Counted from the first letter of the whole stretch, positions 48,301 through 60,230 are shown. The stretch is DNA of 63,378 bases, filler included, from Chiloscyllium plagiosum (GCF_004010195.1; 4 parts of one record of this genome joined end to end with filler, not necessarily neighbours in it), one strand, 5' to 3'. Numbers and translations: made by a program. The notes: generated from the letters alone by a model not told the origin.

Positions 48301-49738
48301 CAAAATTCTGTTATGAAACTGAAATTAATGCAGAAAATGTGCATAAAGTAACATCTGACAGACAGCGAGTAGAGAATCTGTTTTGGGCGTTGACTTGTAT
48401 AGTGCAACAAAAGCCATGTATCAATCCTAGGGCCTCGTTGATCTGTCTGGCTCAGTTTCATACAAACATCACACTTCCTTAATAAACCACTAAAACATTC
48501 CCACAAAAGTAATTACCTTTAACTTGCATTCTTGAAAAGGAAGGATCCTAAGAAGATTCATGTAGACAAAAAAACTGTTTCATTCCACTTTTGCCTTTTC
48601 CACAACTTCATACAATTTGTCTAATTGAGACAAATGGAGCATTTAATTTCTAGCACAGGGCAAGCTACGTCTATAATTTTCCATTCCCTCTGGGTTTGGG
48701 AAATGGGGCCAAACTGTGGGTAATGACCTTTAATTTCCAATTAATGTGAAGTGAAACATTGTATGGATTAACATCAAATGGCCCAAAGTGTTGAGGGTGT
48801 TTTCTCTGTGGCACAGTGCTCTAGGGAAATGTAGCTTGTATGGAGAAAATAATATCACACGCATAAAGCATCCCAACAAATTAAAACTAATTCCAAGCAA
48901 CAAAAATTATTGAGAAACATTTGGAAGAGCCTGTGATAGCAATTAAATATGCCCTTCAGCTGATTCATGGAGCACCACATAACTCAATATAATCAAATTG
49001 TAAATCAATAAACTCAATTTTCTTAATTACCAACAGTTAAAGTGGCTTATTCATTTAGATTTTGATTAGTATCATAGCTGTGCTTGGAAGGACATTGCAC
49101 CAATTTCTCCATTTATGTAGGCTTGTGTTTAGAAGTTAAACTGAAAACAATTTTGGGCTGAAACTACCCTCCTAGTTCTGTGATGGGCATTTTGCTGCTG
49201 TCTGTACACTAGGTATTCACAGTCGATGCAACTCTGAAATATTATTACATGCTGCTGAAATTCTGTGAATCTCTGAAACAGTACACAGGATGTAACAATG
49301 CGTAGAAAATAAGAGGGGAGTAGGTTATTCAATCTTTTGATCATGGCTGATCATCCAAATCAATTGCCCGTTCTTGCTATTCCCTCCCAAGTCCTTTGAT
49401 CTCTTTAGCCCCAAGTGCTATATCTCGACTTCTTGAAATCACATGATATTTTTAACTGCTTTCAGTGGTATTGAATTCTATGGGATCACTACTCTTATCG
49501 GTGAAGAAACTTCTGCTTATTTCAATCCTAAATGGTTGACCCTGTTTCCTTAGACTATGACCCCTGGTTCTGGACTCCCCTGGTGTCAGGAATATCCTTC
49601 CTGCAACAACCCTGTCAATTTTATAGGTTTCAATGATTTCCTCGAGGAGAAAGTGAGGTCTGCAGATGCTGGAGATCAAAGTTGAAACTTTATTGCTGGA
49701 ACAGCACAGCAGGTCAGGCAGCATCCAGGGAACAGGAG

Positions 49739-49774
49739 ATTCGACGTTTCGGGCACAGGCCCTTCTTCAGGAAT
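49739..49774 (-). ncRNA. Minimal type I hammerhead ribozyme motif
   Basis: Exact reverse complement of 49909-49944. Confidence 0.8.
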
Positions 49775-49908
49775 GAGCAGAGAGTGTTCAGCAGGAGAAG
49801 ATAAAAGGTAGGGAGGAGGGACTTGGAGGAGGGGAGTTGGAAATGTGATAGGTCCTCCAAGTCCCTCCTCCCTACCTTTTATCTTCTCCTGCTGAACACT
49901 CTCTGCTC

Positions 49909-49944
49909 ATTCCTGAAGAAGGGCCTGTGCCCGAAACGTCGAAT
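49909..49944 (+). ncRNA. Minimal type I hammerhead ribozyme motif
   Basis: AUUC (stem I) CUGAAGA A GGGC-CUGU-GCCC (stem II) GAAA CG UC / GAAU (stem I'); GUC triplet, predicted cut after 49940. Confidence 0.82.
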
Positions 49945-50032
49945 CTCCTGTTCCCTGGATGCTGCCTGACCTGCTGTGCTGTTCCAGCAATAAAGTTTCA
50001 ACTTCAATGATTTCCTCCCTTATTCTGCTGAA

Positions 50033-50314
50033 GTGGTGGCACAGTGGCTCAGTGGTTAGCACTCGGGCAACTGACTGTGTGGAGTTTGCACATTCTCCCT
50101 GTGTCTGCGTGGGTTTCCTCCGGGTGCTCTGGTTTCCTCCCATAATCCAAAGACGTGTAGGTCAGATGAATTGGTGAGGCTAAATTGCCCATAGTGTTGG
50201 GTGCATTCGTCTGGGATAAATATAGGCAATGGATCTGGGTGGGTTGCTCTTCAGAGGTTCAGTGTGGACTTGTTGGGCCGAGGGCCTGTTTTCATACTGT
50301 AGGGAATCTAATCT
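50033..50314 (+). mobile_element. HE1-like V-SINE with B-box region deleted
   Basis: GTGGCTCAGTGGTTAGCACT jumps to CGGGCAACTGACTGTGTGGAGTTTGCAC; tail GAATCTAATCTA. Confidence 0.88.
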
Positions 50315-51604
50315 AAACTCCAGAGAATATAGTTCAAACCAATTCTTCCTCTCCTCATATGTCAGTTCTGACATCTCAGGAATCAGTCAGGTTAACCTTT
50401 GCTGAGCTTCACATGCACTAGCTTAATAGCCAGAGGTTATCCAGTTGAACTTGGTTAACTCGTCTGGGAAATAGCAGGCAAAATCAGGCTAATGCATAGT
50501 AAGGGAACAGGAAGCTCTTACTTTATAAGGTAACCTTGAATCTCAACATGATGAATTCAACTTTCCTCCGATGTTGGTTACATGGACTTGTTTGCAGTTC
50601 TGTTTTCTCTCAGTGCTTTGGGAATTTTCACCAAAGGCACTTCTGCTGTCGCTGATCTCATTTTCTTACAATTTCATTTGGAATTGCTTTGTGCCAGGCA
50701 ATTCATGTAAACTATTAAATATTGATGTTATATTTATTCCTATTCTTAGGTAATTACATCTCAAACAAAGTGATTTTAAATACCCCAAGAAATCCTCATG
50801 GTTGTGTCACAGTGAATGGAAAACAAAGATTTGCATTTTCGTGGCCTCAGGATATGCCAAAGAACTTTGTAGTTAATGAGATTCTCTTGAAATGTAGCCA
50901 TTATTGTACAGTAGCATTCACAGTAATCTATTCTCCAGCAAACACTTCTGTGATAATGATCAAATGAGTAGTTTCTGTGAATTTGAGAGGTCATTCCCTT
51001 GTTCTTCTGTGAAATAGTGCCAAGGATTCTTTTATAAAACATAAGACCATAAAACATAGGAGGAGAAATTAGGCCATTCAGCCTATCAAGTCTGCTCTGC
51101 CATTCAATCACGGCTGATAAGTTTCTGAATCTCAGCCTTCCCCCTTTCTCCCCATAACCCTTGATCCTCTTGACAATCAAGATCCTATCTATCGCCATCT
51201 TAAATACACTCAATGACCTAGCTTCCACAACCTTCTGTGGCAATGGATTCCATTGATTCACAACTCTGGCTGAAGAAATTTCTCCTTATCTCCTTTCTAA
51301 AGATCTTCCCTTTATTCTAAGGCTGTTTCCTCAGTTCCTGGTCTCTCCTGCCAATGGAAATATCTTTCCAACGTCCACTCTGAACAGGCAGATCAGTATT
51401 CTATAAGTTTTAATTAGATCTCCCCTCATTCTTCTCAACTCAATCAAGTATACTCCCAGAGTCTTCAAATGTTCCTCATATATTAAGCTTTTCATTCCTG
51501 GGATCATTCTTGTGAACCTCCTCTGGATCCACTCCAGGGTTAGTACATCCTTCCTGAGGTATCGGGCCCACAGTTGTTCACAATATTTGAAATGTGGTTT
51601 GACC

Positions 51605-51873
51605 CGGCACCGCCTTCCTGACCTGCAGTCTTCTTCTTGACCTCTCCGCCTCCATCCTACTCCGACCTATCACCCTCACCTTGACCTCTTTCCACCTATC
51701 ACATTTCCAACGCCCCTCCTCCAAGTCCCTCCTCCCTACCTTTTATCTTCTCCTGCTGAACACTCTCTGCTCATTCCTGAAGAAGGGCCTGTGCCCGAAA
51801 CGTCGAATCTCCTGTTCCCTGGATGCTGCCTGACCTGCTGTGCTGTTCCAGCAATAAAGTTTCAACTTTGATC
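51605..51873 (+). mobile_element. Young Penelope pLTR insertion, same subfamily as 49644
   Basis: Last ~150 bp identical to 49853-50004; flanks TTTGACC / TTTGATC. Confidence 0.9.
51773..51808 (+). ncRNA. Minimal type I hammerhead ribozyme motif
   Basis: Identical to 49909-49944. Confidence 0.82.
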
Positions 51874-53892
51874 AGAGCCTTGCAAAGCCTCAGAAGTGCA
51901 GCCCTGATTTGATAATCTAGTCCTGTTGAAATGCCCATTTCAGTGGACAGACCTAATCGTGATTGAATATTTCATTTGCTAGGTACAATTCTGAGAGTGC
52001 AACATTCCCTCAGTATAGTGCAGGAGAACCAACATGCCTTTTTGTCATGAAGATTTTGGGGAATGGGACATAAAGCACAAACTTCGAACTTAGAGGTGAG
52101 ACTGCGCTACGGTGGACATAAATACTATTGATGGTTATATTGTTTTCTGATTTATGAAGGTGAAAAGTGGGAGGCAGATCAGGAAAGAATTGGAAATGTT
52201 CAGTCGATGTAATAAAAGCATAGTTGAGGGCTTGAGGGGCAGATGATATGAAGCATGGGTGGGGATTGTTGAACTGAGATCACCTCAGCATGCAGCCAAA
52301 AGCTCAGTTCAGGGCCAAATAGAACACCAAGCCTATAATGTGAATAGCAGAAAGATATCTGATCTGAAGTTATCACCAAGTAAGTGCAATCTAGTTTTAA
52401 ATCAATGTTTCTTATCATATGTTTTGGTAAGGGTGCGTCAAAACAATGTGATATGAGAAAACTCCCAGAATATTCTCATGATAGCTTCATTACAACAAGC
52501 AATAAAGCTTTTATTGTTTCCTGATTTAATGAGGTTGTGCACAAAGTAATTATGATCCCATCTTTTGCCATTAGAGGAAGTGCTGCCTCAATACTGATAA
52601 TGTTTCTGCTCCTGGCAGCTGCAATCTGAAAGCCTGTGCTATCACATCACTAGAATTCAATCCAAATCACAATACATTTAATGAAATTATACCAATTGCA
52701 TTTGCTTTCTAATTGGCTGACTAATTAAATACATCCCTTTTTGAGGTCCTGGGCCCCAAAGATCAGGTAGGTTTGAGACTCAAACTCCAGTTAGTGCAGA
52801 ATTAACTGATCTAATCCAGTATGTTTGTGGGTTGCACTATTCGACACTTGAAGGCATCACTATTGAACCTATTGCCATCTTCATCCAACGTCTGTGCACA
52901 TGTACCTTTCAGCAGCAGTCTCCCCCCTCCCACTCCTCTGGCTAAGGAGATCAAATGGAGCAATCAAATAGATCCCATTCAGAAGCTTCTAGTTGGCATG
53001 GATACAGTAGGTCTTAATTTTGATTGGGTGCCCAATCAGAAAGTCACAGTCAGTTATTACTAGAGCAGAGCTCGTCTGAATTCAGAATTGTGGAGGTTAT
53101 TTCATTCTTTTACATCCACAATGCTCTCCAAAGAAAAACAAGTCCTTTGTCAGCACCAGTCTAATCAGCAGACAAAATTGTAACTTACTATCAAATCAAC
53201 AAAAGGTATCTTATCAAAGTCTGAGCACATATAGAAAATTAATTTGTAATAAAATGGTCATTTATCCTTAACTCATCAATAACTGAAGAATAATACAAGA
53301 TAGTAGCATTATGTGGATCAGATGATATCTTCAGTCATGGAGCAATAGGTAACTATATGTTTCATTTATGGGTTCTATTGTTGCAATCCCTACAGAGATT
53401 TATAATATTGAAAAGAAAATTTGCATTACTACTGGCAATGTAAAGGAATTGCATGATAAGAGATTATGTTTTAATACTTTTAATGTAACACACAAAAGCA
53501 AGGTTGACTAAGCATAATTTCAGTAGCAGGCTACCTCCAACCTACAAAAAGGATAGCACCAATAATATTTAAAGAATGTAAAATCTCCCTCTGCACTTCA
53601 TCTTTACTGGATCCTTCACTTCATTCTCCGGAACCAGTTCAATGTGATTCTGAGATCCTTTGCCAGCTGGATAGCTTCTATTTTTAAACTTCTAGATTTT
53701 GCATGATCTATAATTTTGTAGGACATCTTCTTATTCTGCAAGAAGAGTTGTGTCATCAGCACTCTGCAATTCCATTCTTGTCTCTAGTTTTTAGTCTGAA
53801 AGTATACCTAATGCTCGAAACATTTGCTCTTTTTTACAAGGTGAATAATTTTGGTCATAATCAAAGTCCAGTGTATTCATTTCTTCACTTGA

Positions 53893-54160
53893 ATGATTTG
53901 ATTTGATTTGATGTGTTATTGTCACATGTACCAAGATACAGTCAAAAGCACTGCTTTGTGTGCTAACTAGACAAATCATACTTTATGTAAGTACATCGGG
54001 GTAATAGAACTGAATGCAGAATACAGTGTTCCAGCTCCAGAGAAGGTGCAGAGAAGGATCTAATATATGAGAGATTTATTCATTAGTCTAATAACAGTGG
54101 GGAAGAAGCTGCTCTTAAATGTGTTAGTACATGTTTTTAAACTTATGTATCTTCTGCTGA
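53893..54160 (-). mobile_element. Rex1/Babar LINE 3' end
   Basis: Minus strand RRYISLKTCTNTFKSSFFPTVIRLMN; tail TACATGTGACAATAAC..(ATCAA)n. Confidence 0.8.
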
Positions 54161-54215
54161 TGAGGATTTTGGTTTCTACCTTTTCTAGACTGATGCTCAC
54201 TATTTGATCCCAATG

Positions 54216-54389
54216 CAGAACAACCTCAGTAATCTGAACATCAGTTATCTGAATTTGAGACTATCCGAACAAGGTCTCAAGGTCTTGGAAATGCTTTCTT
54301 TGTTTACAATCAGATCAGTTATATGAACAATCAGTTATCCAAACAAAATACTCCCCACTCGTCTTGTTTGAATCATCGAGGTTGTTCTA
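54216..54389. mobile_element. Tc1/mariner-pogo (Tigger-like) MITE
   Basis: TIRs CAGAACAACCTC / GAGGTTGTTCTA, TA on the right flank; related in opposite orientation to 59770-59943. Confidence 0.7.
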
Positions 54390-54439
54390 TATAGGTTCTG
54401 AATAAATTTCACATTTTACTGACAATGTCACATTTTGGT

Positions 54440-55070
54440 GTATGAACCAAAAATATAAAAACTATTGTAGTTAAAAAGAATAAAATTGAAGAAACAAGAG
54501 TGAAGATTTAAGTGGATGGTGTCATGCTGGAACAAGTAGACATGTTTGTGCGTTTGGGACAAATGTGATATAGCAGTTTAAGGAAAAATAGGGACAGCCA
54601 GAAGTAATTTTGTACAGATGAAGGATCTGTTAAAGATAAGAAAACTCAGGCTTATACCAAGGTAAACATTCATAAGATGCTAAAGTCAACCCACTTTTCT
54701 GTCTGCCTCAAAAACCTAGGTAAGAAATGATGATCTGCGGAAGGAAATAAAAGTTTTGAAATGTGGATGCTAAGACATGCTAAAAATTCCATACATACTG
54801 GCAGACAAATTGCGTGAAGAAAACATACTCTAAAAGAACACATCATAAAAATAAAATGTAAGTATTTTGGCTGTTTAATTGGTGCCTGAACAGCCCCAGA
54901 GTTCTCTTCTAGAGGGCAAAGTGGATGGCAACCAAAATGTATAAGTTGGATGACAGATGTCACAAAGTAGCTACAGTCAAGCTACACAGAATGTGTGAAG
55001 GTGGTCCAAGACAGATGAATGTGGCACACTAGGACAGCAAATCTCCTGGTAGGAGTAGCTACAAGCCATA
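54440..55070 (+). mobile_element. RTE-clade LINE 3' part, degraded
   Basis: VDGVMLEQVDMFVRLG, FEMW..MLKIP, KYFG, LLEGKVDG, W..DV motifs. Confidence 0.75.
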
Positions 55071-56749
55071 GTAGCAGTCTCCATTCCTCAAACTGACTTT
55101 CATAGTATGGGTAACATTGGAGATTCGTCTGTTAAGCTAAAGCTAGGCAGATATGCCAGCTTCATTTGAAACATCCATGATTTTGGACTCTTTAATCAGA
55201 ATGCGATCTCCTACCTCATTCTTGCATGGTGAACCATAAAGACTTGCTGCCTTGCTCCCTCTCAAATTCTTGTACACTGACCCTGATGTTCAGTGACACC
55301 TTTCAGAAAACCTGTAACTCAATTGTTTAATAGCAAGTAAACACATTTGCTTTTCAGAAAACTCTGCTTTTCAGAAAGTTGGATTTGAGACGCTGTTCCT
55401 GTGTAAAAGTTCTCTATTCCCCCAGTTTTGGAAGGTCCTGGACTACAATTCAACAGGACATTTTTGTGTCTCTCTCCTGTGAATTGAGCCATGTTACTTT
55501 CCTTTTACATGACCAAACCTAGCCATTCAATTAGACCCAAGCTCAATTCTCTCCTTTACAATATGCATTCATTTATCTTTTCTTGCTTTTATCGCAGGCA
55601 TCTTACAGAAGGTGGAACTTTGTTTGATTTCTACTTTCCTTGACCTGAGACCATTGAGACCAATTTTAGTGACTCCCTTTCCTGACTGAGAAAGGATAAT
55701 GTGAATTGTTATGGTATATTTCCGTCTGGACAGATGAGGCAACTGTCTTGTTTAAAAACCATCTGGCAAGCCAGTGTGCCTTTCTTCCTATATCTGGAAC
55801 AAAACATTGAACATGAGTCCTTAGGCACAAGCACACTTCTAAAAAAAAGAAATTTTAAACGTATTTTCTGTTTGTTTTCATTTTGTTTTTACGGTAGAAG
55901 CTAATGCCTGATTGGGATGGCTGTGAAGCAAGAAATTGCTGATCTCAACAATAAGGATTGAGATCAATATCAGACGACACAAGGAACTCAGAGTTGCATA
56001 ATAAGTAATCTTATTCATCCTGTTGTTAATTGAGTTCCTTCATGCTGTTGGATTCAGTACCATGGTGTGCAGTCCCCAGACACCAACTGTATTCACTATG
56101 GATAAAATGCTCCAAAACATTAAGAACAAAAAATGTCAATTCATTTTGAATTTCAAATCATCGATTGTGAGATCCCTTTTCTTAAGCACAGCCAGCTGGG
56201 AATTTGAGTGCATCATAAGATATATTATCAAAGAAGCAGTGGGAGATACAATTTTCTATTACTTTGGAGAGGACATTTGTACCATGCTGGTTCAGATGCA
56301 TGTGGAAACATTGACTGCCTGCTGCACAATGTTTTCTTGTTCAGTGTATCCTGTGTTTCCTAATACAACAGTCCAAATATATTCAGGCAGGAATGAGGGG
56401 AGACTGAAAACAATTGAATAAAAATATTGTACAAGTTGAAAAATGGGTTTTATTGACATCTGGGTAAGGCTTTTATTTACTGTTTGCTTTTGCAATCCAC
56501 ACATAAAATAATTTATCTTTAATAACATGTTTTATATTAATTGGCATTTACCTGCACAGTTCCTTGATGGATCCACAACCTCACTCCCTCAACCACGGTG
56601 TTGACAAGGAATGCACATTAGCAATTTGATGATCCATTCTTTCTGATTTTTCTATCCACTTTATTTTCCTGTTTTTTCAGCAGAATAGCTTACTGTTATC
56701 TGTGGAGTTTTACTGGTTCATGTGAGATCTGTAGCAGGGTCAATATAGG

Positions 56750-56996
56750 ACATAGAACATAGAAAGGTCCAGCATAGAACAGGCCCTTAGGCCCATGATG
56801 ATGTGCCGAGATTTAATAGAACATAGAACAATACAGCACAGAACAGGCCCTTCGGCCCACAATGTTGTGCCGAACATTTGTCCTAGCTTAAGCACCTATC
56901 CATGTACCTATCCATTTGCCGCTTAAAGGTCACCAATGATTCTGACTCTGCCACTCCCACAGGCAGCGCATTCCATGCCCACACCACTCTTTGGGT
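56750..56996 (-). mobile_element. Two nested CR1 3' ends with (CATAGAA)n tails
   Basis: Tail plus ACAGGCCCTT..GGCCC..ATG.TGTGCCGA occurs twice, at about 56750 and 56816. Confidence 0.8.
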
Positions 56997-57096
56997 NNNN
57001 NNNNNNNNNNNNNNNNNNNNNNNNNNNNNNNNNNNNNNNNTTAATTAATTAANNNNNNNNNNNNNNNNNNNNNNNNNNNNNNNNNNNNNNNNNNNN
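56997..57096. other. Assembly gap / artificial contig linker
   Basis: 44 N + TTAATTAATTAA + 44 N. Confidence 0.97.
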
Positions 57097-57195
57097 AGGT
57101 GAGGGGAATGGGTCTGGGTGGGTTGCGCTTCGGCAGGTCGGTGTGGACTTGTTGGGCTGAAGGGCCTGTTTCCACACTGTAAGTAATCTAATCTA
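57097..57195 (+). mobile_element. HE1-like SINE 3' end
   Basis: GGGCCTGTTTCCACACTGTAAGTAATCTAATCTA. Confidence 0.88.
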
Positions 57196-58873
57196 AAAAA
57201 AACTGTAATTTTGCTCTACCTTCTATTCGCTGACGGAGCAGCTATCTTTTATTCTCTTATTTCCTCACTGTAAACACTTTGTTAAGCTCAGGTATTCAAA
57301 TGAACACATTGTTCCTTCTAGTATACAGGAATCTTGCTGAATTTGTGAGCATAGAAGAGAACAGAAGGAAGCCTTTTCTGATGGACCAATGTCTTCAATC
57401 AGTGGTTATTGAGGACTGACAGGAATCGTCAGGCTGCTCACATTATAGAGCTTCACTCTGGCTACATTGTCTTGGTCCAGAGATAATTTAGCTCACAAAT
57501 ATTCACTTCCGGTCCTTTTGCAAATAATTATGCCCTTTATTAAAAAGAACATCCTTACCCTAAATAACTGATATTCAATTTCATTTCTTGATCTATGAAA
57601 AATAATAGTCTTATTGTATTTTGTGATTTATATTCTCCGTTCAGTTTCGTTATGTATGAACATTCTGCTCGGTTGATATGTGGTAACCTTTATGTAATCT
57701 AATTCAATAGATGGTGAGTGAAAACCAACTCCCAATGATGCATCTTTTGCTGACACATGCACATAATTTGTTAATGGGTTAGAAATGCCAAAATTCAAGG
57801 TTCAGAAGATATATCCAGAACTGGAGCTGAATCAGTATTCAAGGAGTTGACTCTCCATATGAAGCCAAGCAGTGTCTAAATCACTGCAGATGGATATACA
57901 TTTAAGTTGGACAGTGGGCAGATAAATGATACATTGTCTTAGCTGTTGATACAGAAAAATCAATAATTCTGACAAGAAAGGCCAGCTACACTTTCTCACT
58001 TATCTACATTCTTAATGCTTGCAAACTCTTCAATTATAATTGTTCAGCCACTTGGCTATGAAATCATAATTGGAGTTTAAATGTAGTTGATCTTCATTGG
58101 AAATCAGTGGAAAAATTGAATTTCTCAAGTGGGCTTGAGTTTTCCTCTGTTTGCAACACATGGGTCTACAAAGTTTATGGGAGCAGTTCACTGATGCCTG
58201 AGAAAAGGTAAAATAGTGGGGTGAAAGAAAAAATAGTGCTAAACAGAGAATAGTGAGCTGAATATCCAGTTTCCACTCCATCTGATTTCTCTCTTTCAGA
58301 TTGCTCACATTTAAAACTGATGACTGATTTGCTTTTGCCCATTTCACAATCGAATTTCACCATTCCAGCTCATGGCACACTCCAGCACAGAGACAGTATG
58401 GACAAGCATTTCACATGTCGTACTGCAATGAATTATTCTTATAGTGAAGGCAAATGTGGTGGCCACATTACACTAATGACATTCTATATGTAAGTAATTG
58501 TTTTCAACAGAAAAATATAGACAGGAATTCTGGAATAACATGTTGCTTCATTTCAAATTGTGCTGTACATAATCTGATATAATTTGTGTCTTCAGCACAG
58601 CAGATCCAATTTTTGACATTACAAGGCCTTCCCAAATGTTTTGACATCCTCTTGGAGTTAAATGAAAGGATAAAATTACTAAAAAGCTACAACTATCCAT
58701 TTTCAACTTGATCCATAATGACTAAACTGCCAAAAGCTGCTAGATAACCATATTGTACAACAGGTGTTTAGTCTAGATCGGAACTTCAAGTAAATTATTT
58801 CTAGCACGCAAGATCACAAAGCTCTGGCACTCAGGTGTTCCCAATAGCTCAGTGATATACACCTATCAAAAAA

Positions 58874-58995
58874 GGGTCGCTTGTGGCACAGTGGTAGTAT
58901 TCCTACCTCTGAAACCAGTAAGGTCCAGGTTCATGTCCTACTGCTCCAGATGTGTGTTATAGCATCTCTGAACAAATTAATTAGAAAATATCTAG
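58874..58995 (+). mobile_element. Short (~120 bp) tRNA-derived SINE
   Basis: CTTGTGGCACAGTGGTAGT (A-box), GGTTCATGTCC (B-box); homolog at 61696. Confidence 0.7.
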
Positions 58996-59769
58996 CTCTC
59001 TAATAATAATAATGTCAAAAGACTAGGATCCACACAGATATATAATTTCTTTCATCATGGCAATCAGATGAAGTGAAGAACATAAGTAATTAATAATGCT
59101 CTATCCACAAGCATGCTGAAATTCCTTGTAACTTCTGTTCCCCTGAGAATGATTTTCTTCCCAAAGGGAAACTAAAGTTGCAATTGTCTTAGTGACTCAT
59201 ACTTATAGCAACATTGGAAACTGCTTTACAATATCCACTGATGGTGACTTTGATGTTTAGATTAAGTTGGTAGACCAATAGACAAAATATCTCTCTCTTT
59301 GGACCAAGTTGATGGCTAGACCTTCCTTGTATTTGACAGGGAATAGCCCATATCTTTTTAACTCTGAAAGGTAAAAGGTGGAATATCCAACCACTTAATC
59401 ATCAGATTAACTTAATGGTAAAAGCCAGGTTAATCAGATGACAGAAGATGAGTAAGAAGGCTGGATCTTTTTCTTAGCAGCACAGGAGGAACTATTGCAA
59501 TGACCATACTTTTTATTTTACTTTTTCTGTAATTTTGATTGTGGACTGAAATGAGAAAATCTGTTTAAAAAAATTACCAAAGGATTATTGAAGGATTGTT
59601 GCACTGGTTTTAAAAAGCAAGTTACCTGACATTTATTGTAAGTAGGTAGCATTGCCTGGAAGAGTTAGAAAGGCAGAGATAATTGAGGTATAGGTAAGGC
59701 ACTATGGTTTAGAGGAAGTACAAGTGAGACCAGAAACTGTGGGTTGTGCAATGTTGAGATGAGGTGATA

Positions 59770-59943
59770 CAGAGGAAACTCGATTATCTGAAGGGCACGG
59801 GCGGGGAGTATTTCCTTCAATTAATCGAATGCCCGATAATCAAATGCCGGATAACATAGCTTAGCCAAGCATCGGGACCTTGTGATTTTGCCGGATAATC
59901 CGATATTCAGATAACCGAATGCCGGATGATCAAGGTTTTGTTG
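59770..59943. mobile_element. Tigger-like MITE with TA TSD
   Basis: TA-CAGAGGAAACTCGATTATC...GATGATCAAGGTTTTGTTG-TA; internal repeats of AATGCCGGATAA. Confidence 0.75.
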
Positions 59944-59965
59944 TATACAGTTATAGTTATAGTAC

Positions 59966-60230
59966 AGTTTCTTCTCCCAAGCCATCAGGCTCCTTAACAC
60001 AGTATGATTGGACTTTTCCCATCTGAAATTCTTTTCACGACTTTGAATTGCTGCTAGAAAAATGTCTATTCTTTATCATTCTTCTATGATACTGTGTTTT
60101 GCACTTTGCATACACTTTATGCCATGTACGAGTGTGTAGTTTGTGCTGTCCATGTAGCACGCTCGGTCCTGGAGGAATGCTGTCTTGTTTTTCATTGTAT
60201 CAATTGTATACTGTAGAAATGACAAATACA
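59966..60230 (+). mobile_element. Rex1/Babar LINE 3' end
   Basis: SFFSQAIRLLN followed by a UTR ending GAAATGACAAATA. Confidence 0.7.

Larger units (their letters stand above)
49644..50004. mobile_element. Young Penelope insertion with perfect 152-bp inverted repeat and 15-bp TSD
   Basis: Arms 49679-49830 and 49853-50004 are exact reverse complements; TSD TTCAATGATTTCCTC at 49629-49643 and 50003-50017. Confidence 0.93.
49300..50410 (-). mobile_element. CR1 LINE 3' part, host to Penelope and SINE insertions
   Basis: GESRTRGHSLRKQGQPFRIEISRSFF on the minus strand; resumes after 50004 and after 50314. Confidence 0.8.
51037..51935 (-). mobile_element. CR1 LINE 3' part
   Basis: ORF 50776-51261 N-part WNPLPQKVVEARSLSVFK..IKGYGEK; (CATAAGAC)-type tail. 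Confidence 0.88.
50825..52115 (-). mobile_element. Old DeuSINE split by a CR1 insertion (pieces about 50825-51035 and 51950-52115)
   Basis: Reverse complement of L2-type tail and TTGGCACTATTTCACAGAAGAACAAGGG in the first piece; CACTATACTGAGGGAATGTTGCACTCTCAG in the second. Confidence 0.6.

Noticed and set aside
56023..56421. 132-aa ORF
   Set aside because: No recognisable motif or splice support; non-ATG start in AT-rich sequence
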